Shown: piece after piece, positions 1 through 14,400 of the stretch
Layout: each line of letters opens with the position of its first letter
Position numbering within the stretch: position 1 is the stretch's first letter
Origin: Balanoglossus misakiensis
Lineage: Eukaryota; Animalia; Hemichordata
Reading direction: 5' to 3'
DNA length: 64,000 bases
Assembly: GCA_040954595.2 (NCBI GenBank)
Contig: CM082591.2
Span: 1,401,745 to 1,465,744 of the forward strand
Notes under the pieces: model-generated
What the model was told of the DNA's origin: nothing
What the model saw: only the letters and a program-made list of their open reading frames with translations
Databases searched by the model: none
Translations under genes and position numbers: made by a program

Positions 1-1344
1 GAAAAATCGACGATTTTTCGACTTTGCGAATTTTCGAAATTTGGTCATTTTTTGAAAAAAATCATCAAAAGTCAAAAAATGACAAACATATAAACACACA
101 GACTGACAAATTTTTACTGTACAAATTGAAATTTATTCATTTCATGATTCAAAAACAAATACATCATTGGAAATAATTCTATGTTGTCATGATAAAAAAA
201 TCAAAGTATATATATCAAAACATTGCATGATGTGAAAATCTTTCTGATACAAAATCTGACTTCAATGCCTGCACATAAAGTTTTCACAATTGGCTTTAAA
301 AAAATGAAATGATGAAAATCTCTGAATTGTGTAATCATGTATAAAGAATCTACAGTGACACCCGACTAATATTCTTCATTTTCCGGTGTAAAACAAAATG
401 GCTGTTTATGTGACTAATTTGCCTTCCACGCATTTTAAAGCCCCAAGAGCTGAAACTTCTATGGTAATTCCCTAAAATTTCGCTCAAGACCTGCAAACAA
501 TGGAAAATTATGTCTACTTGATCTAGAATCAAGAACACAAATAAGGCAAAATGTGGGAATATGATAAAAATGTTGCACATTTTGACAGCAAAAATTGTGG
601 CATTCAAAGAATTTCTAAGCACCTTGAATGTCTACTTGGTTATGAAAAAAATACACCATATATTTCATAAAACATCACACTGATGAAGGTTCTGATTGTC
701 CACTAAATTTGGCACTTGGTTATATTGGAAGCTTTTCTAATGAGCCTGCTCATTGGTTGGATACTTTACTCATGATAAGAGACCACTGTTCATTGGTTAC
801 TGCATCATGCAGACATGTTGGTACCTGTATAGGAGGAGTTAATTGGCTAATCAGTTAACATATTGTTATGAAACAAAGCACCCTATTGGTGGTTTGACTT
901 CTCTAGCTTATTCAAGCACAAAACTGTATTGTCTGGCTTGGGAAAATTCTCAAAATCCAATCATTGGCACACTGCTAACTGACTGACTTTTTCTTCCACT
1001 GTCTGTCATTTCTCTCCGGCTTCTGATTTGCCGGTCTATGCATATATACACACCAAATTTGCATATTAACAAATCAACCCATCTGGCAAACATTGCACTG
1101 GAGATGGGTATGGATAAATGTACTCTCAAACACAGGAAGAATATAGTTGCTCATTCCTTCAATACTCCAATGTCATGAACAAATGTCACGTCTTCTCATG
1201 AAAGACAACTTCTTGGTTACTAAGACCAATGTGGCAAGCATATAGCACAAGTCATGAGACTGTCACATGACCTCAAAAATTATTTACAGGTCACATGATC
1301 ATTCTATTTACATAAAAACAAATGAAAATCCACAAGTCTTGGCT

Positions 1345-2455
1345 CTAAGTTTGCTGCGGTTGATACAAGGGATTAATGTCCGCTGGTTTATAGATCGGGT
1401 TGACATCACCAGATTGTTCCTTGACTAACATTTGATAAGCCACTTCAAAAGCCTGGCCCAGAGTCAAAATGATGTCGGCAGCAAGTTCCTAAGGAAAGAA
1501 AAAAGAATTACGAAGTGTAAAATAATGGACGATGGAGACAAAAATGATACAATTTAAGCCATATTGTTATCTAGTTCACATTTATCAGTACCTGAGTAGT
1601 AACAGTCTGTATGTCTGTATGTCTGTATGTATGTATGTATGTATGTATGTATGTATGCATGTATGTATGTATGTATGTATGTATGTATGTATGTATGTAT
1701 GTATGTACATGTCCATAAGCTACCATAATTCAATAAAAAGAATTTGACAACACCCACCACTAGGTGGCAGTATACACTTACATGGTTGGTCACACTGAAC
1801 ACATGGCAGTAGTGTTTATCAACTTGGTTATCCCTTGTTATGTATGCAAATGTTTTCAGTTCAGCAGGATCTTGTGCGGCGCAAGAAATATTCCTAATAG
1901 AGTGATCTGTGATTACGTTCTGTAGAAAAAGAAAGTAAAAGAATAATTGAGTTTGACTTTCCCGTAATGCTTTCAATTTCCTTGATTTTCCATATGAGCA
2001 AACAATTCACTGTATCTTTTCTCACCTTCGTCTGCGCGTCAATGAACTTGACACCTTTGTAGTTCATGGATAGCACTATGAGTGGCACTTTTTGCATATT
2101 TTTGGTGGATTTTCTGAGTTTAGCACAAGCTTCTCTGGTAGATTCTGTTCCTTTGAGTTCTTTGATGAGTTGTGACCCCAGATACTGTAGCAATAAAGGA
2201 AAACAATATCAGTTATATATGCAGTTGACTGTATTGTTTTCAAATCCCTGGAAAAGAGTGGCGTAATGTCATACCACTTTAAGAATAAAGACACATGATG
2301 ATGATTCTAAGAAGAGTTCTTACCGATGCTTTGTAATCACAAGTTGACTTGATCAGTTTCTCCGTTGAATGTCTCCACACACTGGTTGACATTTCCTGTT
2401 TGGATTGTGCGAGTTTCGGAGCTCGAATAGGAACTCCTTCTTCAGACCAGTTGCC
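1345..2455 (-). CDS. ANKS1: ANKS1 PTB (PID) domain exons 19-22
   Basis: [18 protein letters not shown]|[24 protein letters not shown]...GVKFIDA|...[23 protein letters not shown]...HYCHVF|...[14 protein letters not shown]; stop TAG at 1347-1345. Confidence 0.95.
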
Positions 2456-5400
2456 CTACAATTAAAATATCGAAGATATTAATATTTACCTAAAAGTGGA
2501 ACAAAATTTTGACTAAATATCCCGACTAAGAAAGTATGCTGTATAAAAAAATATCTCAAACTGATGCTGGATCGATATATTATCTCAAACAGGGGTTGTC
2601 TTAAGATTCCTCTTGTAAAACTTAGAAAGCACAATCAATATCGAATGAAACACGAACATGTTTTTACTACACATCACCTAAGGGATACAAATTGAATTTA
2701 CAGATAACTGTCAACTTACAGGGTCTAGTGAGAATGGCTTTCCAGCTAGAGGGTCTAAGGGTACATTCTCGTAAGGAGTAGGTTTGTGTTTCTGAGAATT
2801 CCTTGAAGGCACTTCAGGACCCTTGGGAGACGTCGGCAGTGGCATATTCTCGTAGGAATGCCGAGAATTGTGGGAAGATTTGGACGAGGAGAGTGAATCT
2901 TGGGAAGGCTTGAGTTTGGAGTAGTCCTTGAATAGATTGATGTTTTCCAACGATGACGACCCTTGTGAACTTTTATCTTCGCTGTTGTCACCGCTAGCAC
3001 CATTTTCACCAATGGGACTAAGATCCCAATCCTGTTGACATCAACACTTAGATCTTAGAAAGCAAAACTTTTTTGAACTGTAGTAAACTGTAGTAAAACA
3101 ATACTGAACATTGAATGAAATAGGTTTGCATTTCTTAGGCATATCACACCAAGTGCATTTAATCCATGGGAATATAATACACTGTCTGCCCTGGATGCAT
3201 GCCTTGTTCGAAAAAAAAACTGCTCTGTAGGGGTTGTAATGGCCTTCAAAGTGTTGAAATGAAATGAATCCCGTACTTACAAGTGTAAAATCTTTTGAGA
3301 GAGTAAATGATAATGGTCTGGTCGTCGTGCCAGCAGATTTTCTTGGAAGAGTTCGATCACCCAAAGATGCTAGAATCCTCCTACGATGACCTACAGTACC
3401 AATACCTAAAACCTGTGCCAAGAAAAATGCATATTTTGATAAGCATCAGGTTATTTAGTCATGTTTCTGTAAAATGTCCCTTTACTTCGGTCGTCCACCT
3501 TTTTTTTCCTCCCAACTATTCTCCAGGAATTTTACACTTACATTTGAGACTTCCATTTCCCAGATTTTCTTCACACGGTCCATGGAATTAAATCCCATTT
3601 TTTCAAATCTACTTGCATAGTCTAATAAGTTGATACTCTTTAACCAGTCATTGACACTAGAGGGCAGGCTATCATCATCTGCAGCAAGACGGAGATTAAC
3701 ACATTTAATATTTTCTAAAAGTAGTCATTATTTTAAAATAAGACCGTCTAACTTTGCGTTTGTACTTGGATCAATTTTATCCCTCGTCAGTGCTTTACTG
3801 CAAGTTGAGTAACCATATTTTTAGCTCTGTTCAACAGTCTTCCTCTGCCATGACATTCCAAAACTTTGATTGCTATGTTTGAAATAAGAACATGGCTATT
3901 ATGATTTTGTGTATATTTACTTACCAAATGGCTTGAAGGGTGGCAATAATTTGGCCGATTCTAAGATGAGTTGTCTGTGACTTTTGTCTGAGACTCCGAT
4001 ATCAAGAAGGTCCTGATCCTCTAACACCTTGCCATTCTGTGAAATGAAAGTTATGAATTACTGAATAAATAAGGAAATAAACCTAAGAGTTCTGTTGTCT
4101 AGAACAGCATTCATGGAGTAAGCATTTGAAGACATTTCATTTTTTATGCCAATAATTGTTTTCACACATCAGTAAACTTTTTCAAAGGATAGCAGGAATC
4201 ACAGACAGAGGTTCTACACACAAATAACCCTCCTAGTTTTGGGTTCAAAGGTTACAGTTTAGCGTTGTAACTTACCAGAAAGTTCAAGTCATCAAACCCA
4301 TTCGTCAGGAACGCATGTTGATACTGCGGCAGTCCAAGTTTTTCCAACCACTGACCGACATTCTCTGGTTTGGCTGAAGCTGCAGAAAAATAATCATTGT
4401 AAAGTTACATTTTTGGTACAACAATCTACCATATTTCGAGGAAATGACAGGCGAAATTCACGCAAGTAGATGGGGTAAAGGGGCTGTATTTCCTTGAACA
4501 AAATCATTCCGTCTCACCATGGTGTAGATCGAGTTGTGTAACATGAATAACTAATGTGGCAAGAGTTGGAGTTTGGTGTGAAAATTCGGACAAAGTTCCT
4601 CACAATCGGACAAATTTATGTGACAATAAATGTGATTGTTGCAATCGTTCCATCTTACCTGACATCATCTTAGCAAACTGATCTTCCAGTTCTCGACTGT
4701 AGACAGATTCTCTTACCATGGCTGCACCAATGGAAGACAGAATATCGGACACCTGGAAGGGGGAAAGAGAGAAGAACATTAAATAATTTTCAGCAAAACG
4801 TGTCTTGAGTTTGCATCGTATGAGTTGAGTGAAATTTGTGTGATCTTACAGTTCCATGTGATCAAGAAGGTGCAGAAGCACAAGAATAAGCCCAATTCAA
4901 CATGTACCTATAATAGTATAAACATCATAAAATTCCTTTCTGGACTTTGTAGCTTGCACTACACCCAAGCACACGGAAACAGCCAAACAGAAAATCTAAA
5001 ACACACCACCCTTGACTTTTGACCCACCTCACAAATACAAACAAGGCCCTATTTTCTGAAGATCACCAGGATTTATTATCCAAACTGTTTTGACCTGTGG
5101 AAGAAATTGATTACCCTGGGCGAAATGACCACAAAACAGACAACCATGGTATTCTGTGGTCACTGTTTGGCATTTTGCCAGACACACTTCCTTGTAACGA
5201 ATTGATATATACCTTTGCACGAAGACCAGACCACGATGTGAAGGACACAGAGAAATCATTCAATTTGGATATGCCATGACTTCACTATTTATGATCGGAG
5301 ATCGATTATAGACTTATGAATTATGACCAGGATATAAAACGAAAAGAGTTCAGTGTCAGTATAGAAAGAATTTCATAAAATCATTATTCTGTATATCTGT

Positions 5401-8400
5401 GAGACTGTAAGCCTTTAAGGACACATGCACTCGATGGCATTTCGCAGGAAGTGTTTACAAATTTTGTTCATTTTTTTCATTTATTTCCCAAAATCTCACG
5501 ACCCAGTATCATTAATAACACAATTTTTGTCCAGACTAATGCAGGTCTGGATAAAATTTTATTGGCTAGCCGTAGCCAGAAACTTTGGCAAACTATGTCA
5601 AAGTTTGACAAACAAAGAGAATGACATGTTTATGTTTTGGTTTTCAAGTACAATTAGACAACCTGTCATTGTCCACGTGTGCGAATATGAAACATGGAGG
5701 CCATTTTGAATTCAAGTTGGTGACAAAATCGAGATTTCTATTACAAAACTTGCAAAACGAAAGGGAAGATGAAATTTTACCTAAACTCATAAGACAATCA
5801 TGATTCATGCAGAATTTTATTTTTGAAGTTTTAAGAGATGAAGTTAGTGTTTTGTGATAAACAACAGGTGGTTTTGGGTAGTTTGTCCGCAAGGCAAAAT
5901 GATAAGCACAAATTACGATAAACACGATAATATAATCCCTGCTTGTCTCACCTGTTGCCATTCTTTCGTCTCATCCAAAAATATCGACTCATCCCTAGGG
6001 CGTCCCCCTCCCCCTCCTCCGTCTGTGGTCATGTCAGTGTTCGACTCCTCAGCCTCTTTCAGAATCTGATCGAAGTCCGGTGATTCCAGCGATTCGGTGG
6101 ACTGTGACACTTTGCTCAGCTCAATCGGGCTGAGAGCGTTCAACGGAGAGTCGACAGGGGAAAGGTCAAAGTTCACAGGTGGTGGCGTTCTGTTGCAGTT
6201 CGATCCATACACTAGACCTGTCATCAAAAATGCAAATCGAAATTTATTACCACCATAAAGCACAGTCAATACACGCATGCACATTTCAAATTGGCTCAAA
6301 TTTATTTCCACTTATCTCCTTTTCAGAAGGACACACCTGATTGGACAATAAGTATCTGTTTATGAACTGTAACAGTTCATTAGCCAACCAGTAACTCTGT
6401 ACATGACAGCTCTATAGTGAATCTTGTTATAGAGACTAACAGTGAAACCAACAGCTACCAAAAGAGAGTACTGACATTCAATTCCTGAAACCTGACAGAA
6501 ACTGACATCTTGAATTTCAGACGCAACACAAACCTGAGCACTACTTCCCTGTTGAGGCTGTATCAAGCATCATCAAAACTTTACACAAAAACAACACACA
6601 CATAAAACTCTTAACAGACCCAATCATATTTCAGTTACACTCTGTCAAAATTTTCATATAATCTCACCTTGTTACAACATATAGAATATAGCACCCAATC
6701 TTTCAACGCACTTCGTTGTGTTTTTACATTGCACAATACTCAACTACTGGGACACACACACCCCCATAATAAAGGTTGTAACCTTTACCTGACAACAGAG
6801 CTAACAATAGCTATTGTTATCATCTGGGATCAAACATTTTACCCTGATTTGAGGTCACATATATTATTTCCTGTGACTGTCGTCCTTCTATGTAGCACAT
6901 ATCCCCACAAGTGTTCCTCTTGTAATTAGCTTAGAATGCTTAAATCGGAGACTTCCATTTTGTTAAACTTCAATCATACTGAAATTCATGTCTTATCATG
7001 GTCCTGTCATTTCTTTTCGTGGTCTATTAATCAACAGATAAATTATGCAATGAACGAAACTGTCAAAGAAAGTTTGCATATGAAACTAGCTTAGCTGTAT
7101 TCTGGATAAGCTTCCTATCCTTTATTGGCAACAGTTGAAGCACATCTATTGGCCTTGAGTTGAAAACTAACTATTGATCAATGAACATTTATTTCAGGCT
7201 TTTATGCCAGTGTTGGTTGGTTAGCTGAATGAAATTCATTGAAGATTGAAGTAATCAAAGCCAGAATTAATCAGATCATGATTTGCATCAGAAGGAATGT
7301 TCTAATTTATGCAGCTACTCCGCCAATCCAAATAAACAATTGCACAGTTATCTAATCTTACATCAGACGTTAGTTTGTACACAGACTGAAGGGTCTTTGA
7401 TGGTACCAGCATTGAACTTGGGGAATTTCACAATTCCACCACCACAGTTGTTGAAAATAGCTTTTCTGAAACTTTCGTCGGTCATGTAGACTACACAACG
7501 ATTTCCGGAACCAGTTGTCGTACACACACCAGTGTCAATTCTAAACACAGACATCTATTAATGCCTCTGTCGAATAACCTTTGGTCTTTCACTGTGATCA
7601 CAACACATACAATTAACCGCAAATAGTCCAAGATTCTCGTTCCACTACCCTTCAAATGTCCAACTTGATAAGTCAGGGTAAACCTCAGTCAGGCTAAAAG
7701 TTCAACTGTCAAAAAACATTTGAACGTTACCTTGCTCTGTTAACACACCATGAGTTTTATCCTGATCCTGAAACTTAGACCTTGATCGCAGATTTGAAGC
7801 CCTTAAGCGACTGATTATTCTCACTAACAGGTGTCAGACATTTACTATCCTTGAGCAAGTTAAGGAGTAGAATGTTTTATATACAGAAGCAGGAATGTTA
7901 AAGTTGCTATAGAAAAGTTGTTATTGGATTATTTGACAAATGCAGGCAATTATAAAAGTGGCTGGGAGAAGAGACTTTGGTCTGGAATTCCATTATTGAA
8001 GTGTCTGAATTTGGAAGATATTTCGCCAGTAGTGTTTGCACTAATATTATTATTGTTCCTTCATAGAACTTCTCCCACAATGCACTGCATTTGCCCTCAC
8101 CTTGGCAGGTTCTCAAAGCAAGCTGGGTAAACTTCAAAGGCAAATTGATTCAACAGACTTCATATTTGCTTTTCAAATGCAAGTAAATATTGCCTCTAAT
8201 CCCAAGGTTATGCTGCGAGAGATTGACAAATTATTAAATCAACACAACAATATCAGAATTTCACCTCTGCCTCAAAGCTCTCAAAGTATGTCACATTTGT
8301 CATGATGTCAGAAATCGTGAGACCTGGCTCTCATGCAGAAGGTACTACTATTAAACTCAATTACTTGAAGATGCCTTCAAAGTATTGTGGAGACACTTCA

Positions 8401-11400
8401 CAGAAAATCACATGTACACACCCACTAACTGGCAAACGGTTGACAATGCACTAAATCTGAAAATGTATGTAAAGTAAACAACACTTGAAGGCAAAGTGTC
8501 CAACACGAAATGTTCACACAAGTAGACCAACGTGAGGCAACTCAAAAAACCTCAGAATAAAAACCCCTCAAGCAAAGCCTAAGTTCTCTAACCTTTATGT
8601 TCTTAAATGTACAGCACACTTATCAACAATGAATCAATTTTCTGCAATTTTTCTTTTCATGCTGAGAGCTTGCACACAGAAATGCCATTTAGATGTGCTA
8701 AATATAAACCTACTTTGAAATAATTGATTGCCAAACGGGAGTAATTTTAATGAACTCTGTGTGATTCATAAATTGTACAGATGGAGTTTCAGAATGAATG
8801 ATGTAGCTGTCATCATACCCATGCACAGACAAAAAATGCAAAATATTTTATCTCATACAAAATATCCTGCAGGTTTTATTCTGATTTTATTGCACAGAAT
8901 GTGTGTTCACAGTTCAATGTTATTTATAGGGTGAGAAATTAAAATTTATTTTGTTTTATATGATATATTGGCTCACTATCAAAACTATCATTCTGTAGTA
9001 GTATGTAGAATAGTCTCATCGAAAATTCAGAGTTTCAGGTCATTTCTATGTGACAAATAATCGGTATACGCATCAACGCGATCAATTCACCCATATTAAA
9101 CACACCATGACAGAATTACTCACTGCAAGGTTCTTTCTCTCTGCCGAAAACCATTTCCCTCGCAGCAAAAAGATTTCCCAATCACTTTTCCTGTAATTTA
9201 TTCATCAAAGCTGGAATGCACTCTGAAGCTTCCTGTCTAGTCATCCACAAATGGAATTCACCGTAACGTCGACTTTCTCATCAATTTTTAACCTGCCTCT
9301 CTATTTTCAGAATCTTGGTATATACTGTTTGCATTTCTTGAATCTCAGGGAAAATGTATTTCCCCCTAAAGTCAGTATGCTTGGTTAAACCCCACTGGAA
9401 TTTGCTTTTGAGCAAACCATCAAAGCATTATCAGTAATTTGAAGAATATTATTTGCAAATACAAAACGTCTTTTGTTTCAGTCAACTGGAAAATTTACAC
9501 TTCCCAATCATTAACCATCATTTAGAACTAAACATATATAGTCATTAGTTTTACTGAACAATACCATTTTGTTTCTACTTCAAACATTTCATTATATAAA
9601 TAGAAAAAAATCTTTCCCCTCTGCAGATAACTTGGACACAGTATTCTTGAAATATGTAAATTTAGGAAATAAAAAATAAAAAATTGGGTCACTTGAAATA
9701 TTAGCGATACTGGTAGCTGCCTCAACACATTCTGAAAGTAAAACTACTTGTCAGAATGATTAAAGGAAGTATTCAAATGCAAATAAATATCTGGCAGTTT
9801 TGAAAGAAAAGGTCAATGTCTTACCGCTATAAACTCTGCGTCAATCCCTGAATACAATCGGATATAAAGATCACTTCTGCTAATTATCGACCCTTAACAT
9901 TTTCTCCGTTCATGTTACAATTTCAAAAGGCAAACCCATGAATGTTGCTTAATTTTCAGAGGTATGCAAATATTTTAAAAATAGCAAGTGAATGTGGTTC
10001 GTTCTGAAAATCTGCATAGTTTGTACTGATGGATGGCTTAGATGAAAAGTCAACAGTGAAGAGATTGGGTGATCGAACTGCAGTGACAGACTGAATGCGA
10101 CTCGCGTGATAGAAATACTGTTCAACTCTTAACTAATTCTGACACGGAGTCTGGCTGCATTAACTGCTCTAACTATAGCTATGATATAAAAGAACAGAAT
10201 TCTGTGGCCTGTTGTTGTGTTTTCCTGGTCATTCTGATGCTGGCTGAGGATCGATTTTACATTGTATTAGACAGCTGCCTTTGACAGGTAATTTCTGCAA
10301 GAAGCTGATTCCCACTCTGCCTGGAGTGATAGCGTTATTGAGAATGGAAATTACTTTGAATAGGAAAGGCGCTTCTCTCGGAAGATTAAACCCATTGGGA
10401 GACAGAAGTGAACGGCCTTCATATTTCAGATTGAATAAAAGTGGCTTGTAAATCAATTGACCTGAGCTACAAAATGAACAAAAATGTCATCTACTTTATA
10501 AGCAAAGTGTCCATATAAAATTTACTCTAATATGTGGGTATAAAAATGGGAAACACATAATCAACTGTTAACAATATTGTGGGATTTTTTCACATGTAGC
10601 CTTACCATACATGTTCTGGCCTCAACCTTGTGAAAATATGATCTAACCTGGATATAACCTTGAAATATTAATTTTCACATGAATTATAAACGTACTATGG
10701 ATCAATTAATTTTAAATGGTTTCTAGTTATTTGAAGCTGTAGAAAAAAGTGATCTGACCTAGCCTTGACATAGCCTTGATATAACCAATATTTGCCATTA
10801 ATGACATGGAGAATATAAGTCTGAATAAGTTTGTCTTTAAATATTTCATGAAAGTTGGAAGTGAAACTGAACATTCAGTAGCATTTCTGGTGAAGTTGGG
10901 AATTCACAACGTTTTTTGCTGAGATAAAGCAGGGATGTTGAGAGATAATATTTCAAGTCATCGTTGCATAGTCAGTTGGTTCAATGAGCATGCACACAAA
11001 AATGTGATAGAAATGCAAAATCATGGGGAAAAAAGGAGTTACAAAAGAATCCTGACCATGAACTATCCAACGACAAGCGAAAGAAGTCCAACTTCCCTAT
11101 TCACCAATGAACGGAACAACCCAACCATGATAACAAGGCTTACGGATTTAACCAAAATTACAAGGATAATAGGCAAGGCAACATGAAATGATTACCGTTA
11201 CATCCAAATGTAAAACCGGTCAAATATATCGACATGAAAACAGAAAGTAAATACATACAAATTCCCATTTCCATAAGATTTTCCCCCAACAAAGAGAAAA
11301 GGAGATCAATATAATGGGAAAGAGAAATTATTAATATCGGTGATTAAATACTACGCTGTGTGGTGGCCAAAACACTTCTAGGACAGAAAAATATCAAACT

Positions 11401-14400
11401 ATACACCCCAAAACACAAATATGTACAGTGTAAACACCCACACACATACACATGTACACACAACACAGGTTCACACACAAATGAAAACATGTAGGAGAAA
11501 AGAGGTACCGCATTGTTAGTAAAGCTGTACAATTTACCTTCCAATACCCTGTCAAGGAATCCTGGTGCGTGCGTTTTCGAACACAGCGCCAATTTGTGCA
11601 GCGATAATGAAGAGATCAGACAAGAAAGGTGTACTCTGTTAGTATAAGCTTGCTCACACTGCGATTATTACACCACAGAAATTGCCAATAAGACATGGCC
11701 ACACGGGGGAAAACTTAAGTTTCACACTGTCAACACGGTATGGCCATACATGGTAAAGCTTATGTTTCACTCATTCACACATAGATATCCATCATTCATT
11801 CATTCATTCACTGTTGGCACTACCTCACTTTCAATACTCACAAAATCCAGTCAAACATCCAGAACCACATACCCCCATACATAACAAAGAATAATGGTTG
11901 TTACTCAGTTAGTTTGAGTTGTATGTATATATAGCCATCAAAATGGTTTCCAATCAGTTGATTCTAGTTGTATCTTGAAACTGATACAGTGACTGCACAC
12001 ATGACGTCATTTGGTAAATGGACAGATATCAAACTATGTATCTCTAATTGCTTTTCCCGCAATAAATTCAGAACCGCATAAAATCAAAGATTTCAGATAA
12101 TTCCTCTGGGAATACAACACTTCATCAAAGTTCAACCCTGTCCTTCCGTCTTGATTGATACTATCTGACATGATGCATGGAACATATATTTTTGACAGCA
12201 GTTTAAAATGAATCTCGAGTTTCCTCGAAATTCTGGTGAGAATGACCGAAGGACAGTGGCACTTCACATGACAACCAGAAGCCAGAAAAATCAAATGATT
12301 TCTTACTCCTTCTGGTTATATTTCCCACCAGGAAAAAATCCCTCCAGCCCCTCAATATCCTGTACACAACCAATAAAATGATGTAAATTCACAAATCTCA
12401 CATATACTGATAAGTGCATTTCTTTCAACCTTAATATTAGCAGTATCACTGTTTATCATAACCCAATTTGACATGACTACCGTACATCTATCCATAGAAA
12501 AACTCCCCATTGTATTACACCCCTATTTCCCAGTGGTATGAACCTGCTCACCTCACAAAACAATTAGAATCGTGTATTCCACACAGATTTGTGGGGTGGT
12601 AAGAGTTCATAACCTTCCTGACCTGCCCTTGAAAAAAAAGTGTGCAGATTTCTTGTATGACACGCATAGAAGTGTCACTGAATGATTCAATTTTCGATTA
12701 AACTTCTGAAACCAGAATCACCATTTCCTTGATGATAGCCTTTATACTTGGTGAGCTGGGAGGCGTTTGGAAAAATGTGAGGATTGTTTTCTTAGTTGTA
12801 AGACACAATAGTAATGAAACTAATTCTCACCTGCAAATGGGTCCAGCCCTTCAGGTCTCAGGATATCTGCTTCACTGCTGCTATCTGTGGACACAGATAC
12901 TGTGTCACTGGATTTTTCAGACAGAGTACTGGCTGACACCTCCTGTGGATCAGGTGCGACACCCCCTGGTGATGCCTGCTCCTCAGGTGTGACACCCCCT
13001 GACACCTCCTTATGTGCAGAGGTGCGTCTGCTGTCAAAACGGTCCTCAGTTCCCTCAGAGATTGTGGAGAGATGAGCGCTAGATGCTTGTCGATCGGAAT
13101 TACTTGGATCTGCTATGGGCTCTACGGTGGTGATGGGGGTGATGGTGGTGGTAGTTTCCGTTGCCGTGATGTTATCCGGTTCATCAGATTCAGACTCCGA
13201 GGAAGAGCAACAACCGGAAGATTCCGTGATATCCGTTGTCATGGAACTTCTCTGGGAGTCATTGTCAAGTCTTCCTTTGTCAAACAGCTTTAATGGAAAT
13301 TAAATATACAAATTATATATAAAGTTCTGTGCCTCAAAATCAAGAGCGCCCTCTACCACCATCCTACACTGTCGCTCTTGTTTTTAATTCTATAAAAACA
13401 TGCAATACTTCAGAACACACTGATTTAGTCGTAATAGGTAAAACCAAAACAAGAACAGGGTTATTCATGCACTATCTATTTTCTGGATAACACTGGGTTA
13501 CAACCTGCAAAAACAATACAAGTACTCACTTCAAACAAACAACAAATCATTGAATTATATACATACTTAATTTTAAGCTCTACTGCAGAGGTTATACATA
13601 TAAAGAAAATTAGACATTTAATGCATTAGTGAAAAAAGACTGGTTTATGCCATTTATGTGTTAGTGGAAGTTTCTACAAAAGAGCATCTGCAGTCTTACT
13701 GTACAGCAGAGGGGATTGCAAGACTCAATGAATTTCAGAGTATGAGCCATGGTCATTGTTGAGTGACCATAGTGTAGCTTTATTAAACCAGTGAGAAAAG
13801 TTTAATCAAGATCTACTCTTTCCTGTTCTTGCAAAGCCCACTGAGGCACTGGATACACACCCTCAACCTCCACATTAAAGTCTCACCTCAGAGTGGAATT
13901 TAGAGTGGATTTCTAACGAAGCGGCATTAGCTGATGGTGGTGGGTGGTCAGGTGTTGGTGGCTGGTCATATTCAGTCGGGCTGGAGGGGGTCAAGACTGG
14001 TTTCATTTCAACATATCCACTGACCACCTACAGAAGTGATTTAGTGAATCAGTCACCCTATCAACTGAACTGAACGACTGATCAGTTTGTCAGACAACCA
14101 CATATCAGCTGATATGAAGTAAGATTTTCGAAGCTATGAAGGAAAGATGGTCACACTATTGATGCAAAGTTTGTTTACCATTGGATCTTCTTGCATCGTT
14201 TTCACATCGACTTTCTAAAGAGTGTTCTCTTTAAGAAATCAGTGCATAAACTAGGCAACAATATTTATATGTTGAACGGGAATACATACCAAGTTCTGGT
14301 GTGGGGGTAAAGGTGGGGGAGGGAGCGTTTTCTCAACATTATTGTTGATTTGCTCCGTCGTCTTGGACGTTCCATTTTTCAGAGGGAGTTCCGTGGGTTT

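Noticed and set aside
1532-1747. ORFs with MYVC/IHTY repeats; likewise the poly-N (38044-38268), poly-M/V (41418-41813) and SIYL (59594-59788) ORFs
   Set aside because: These are translations of microsatellites.
5405-5850. Several AT-rich blocks that look like non-autonomous transposon interiors (also 1-110, 15905-15999, 37510-38000, 44330-44630, 58800-59050)
   Set aside because: Plausible dispersed repeats, but no second copy or clear TIR/TSD pair was verifiable within the window; a genome-wide repeat search is needed.
10229-10461. Phase-1-compatible 77-codon ORF in ANKS1 intron 11 as an alternative terminal exon
   Set aside because: It needs the second AG, while the first AG after the pyrimidine tract (5 nt upstream) gives an immediate stop. 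The peptide has no recognisable features.
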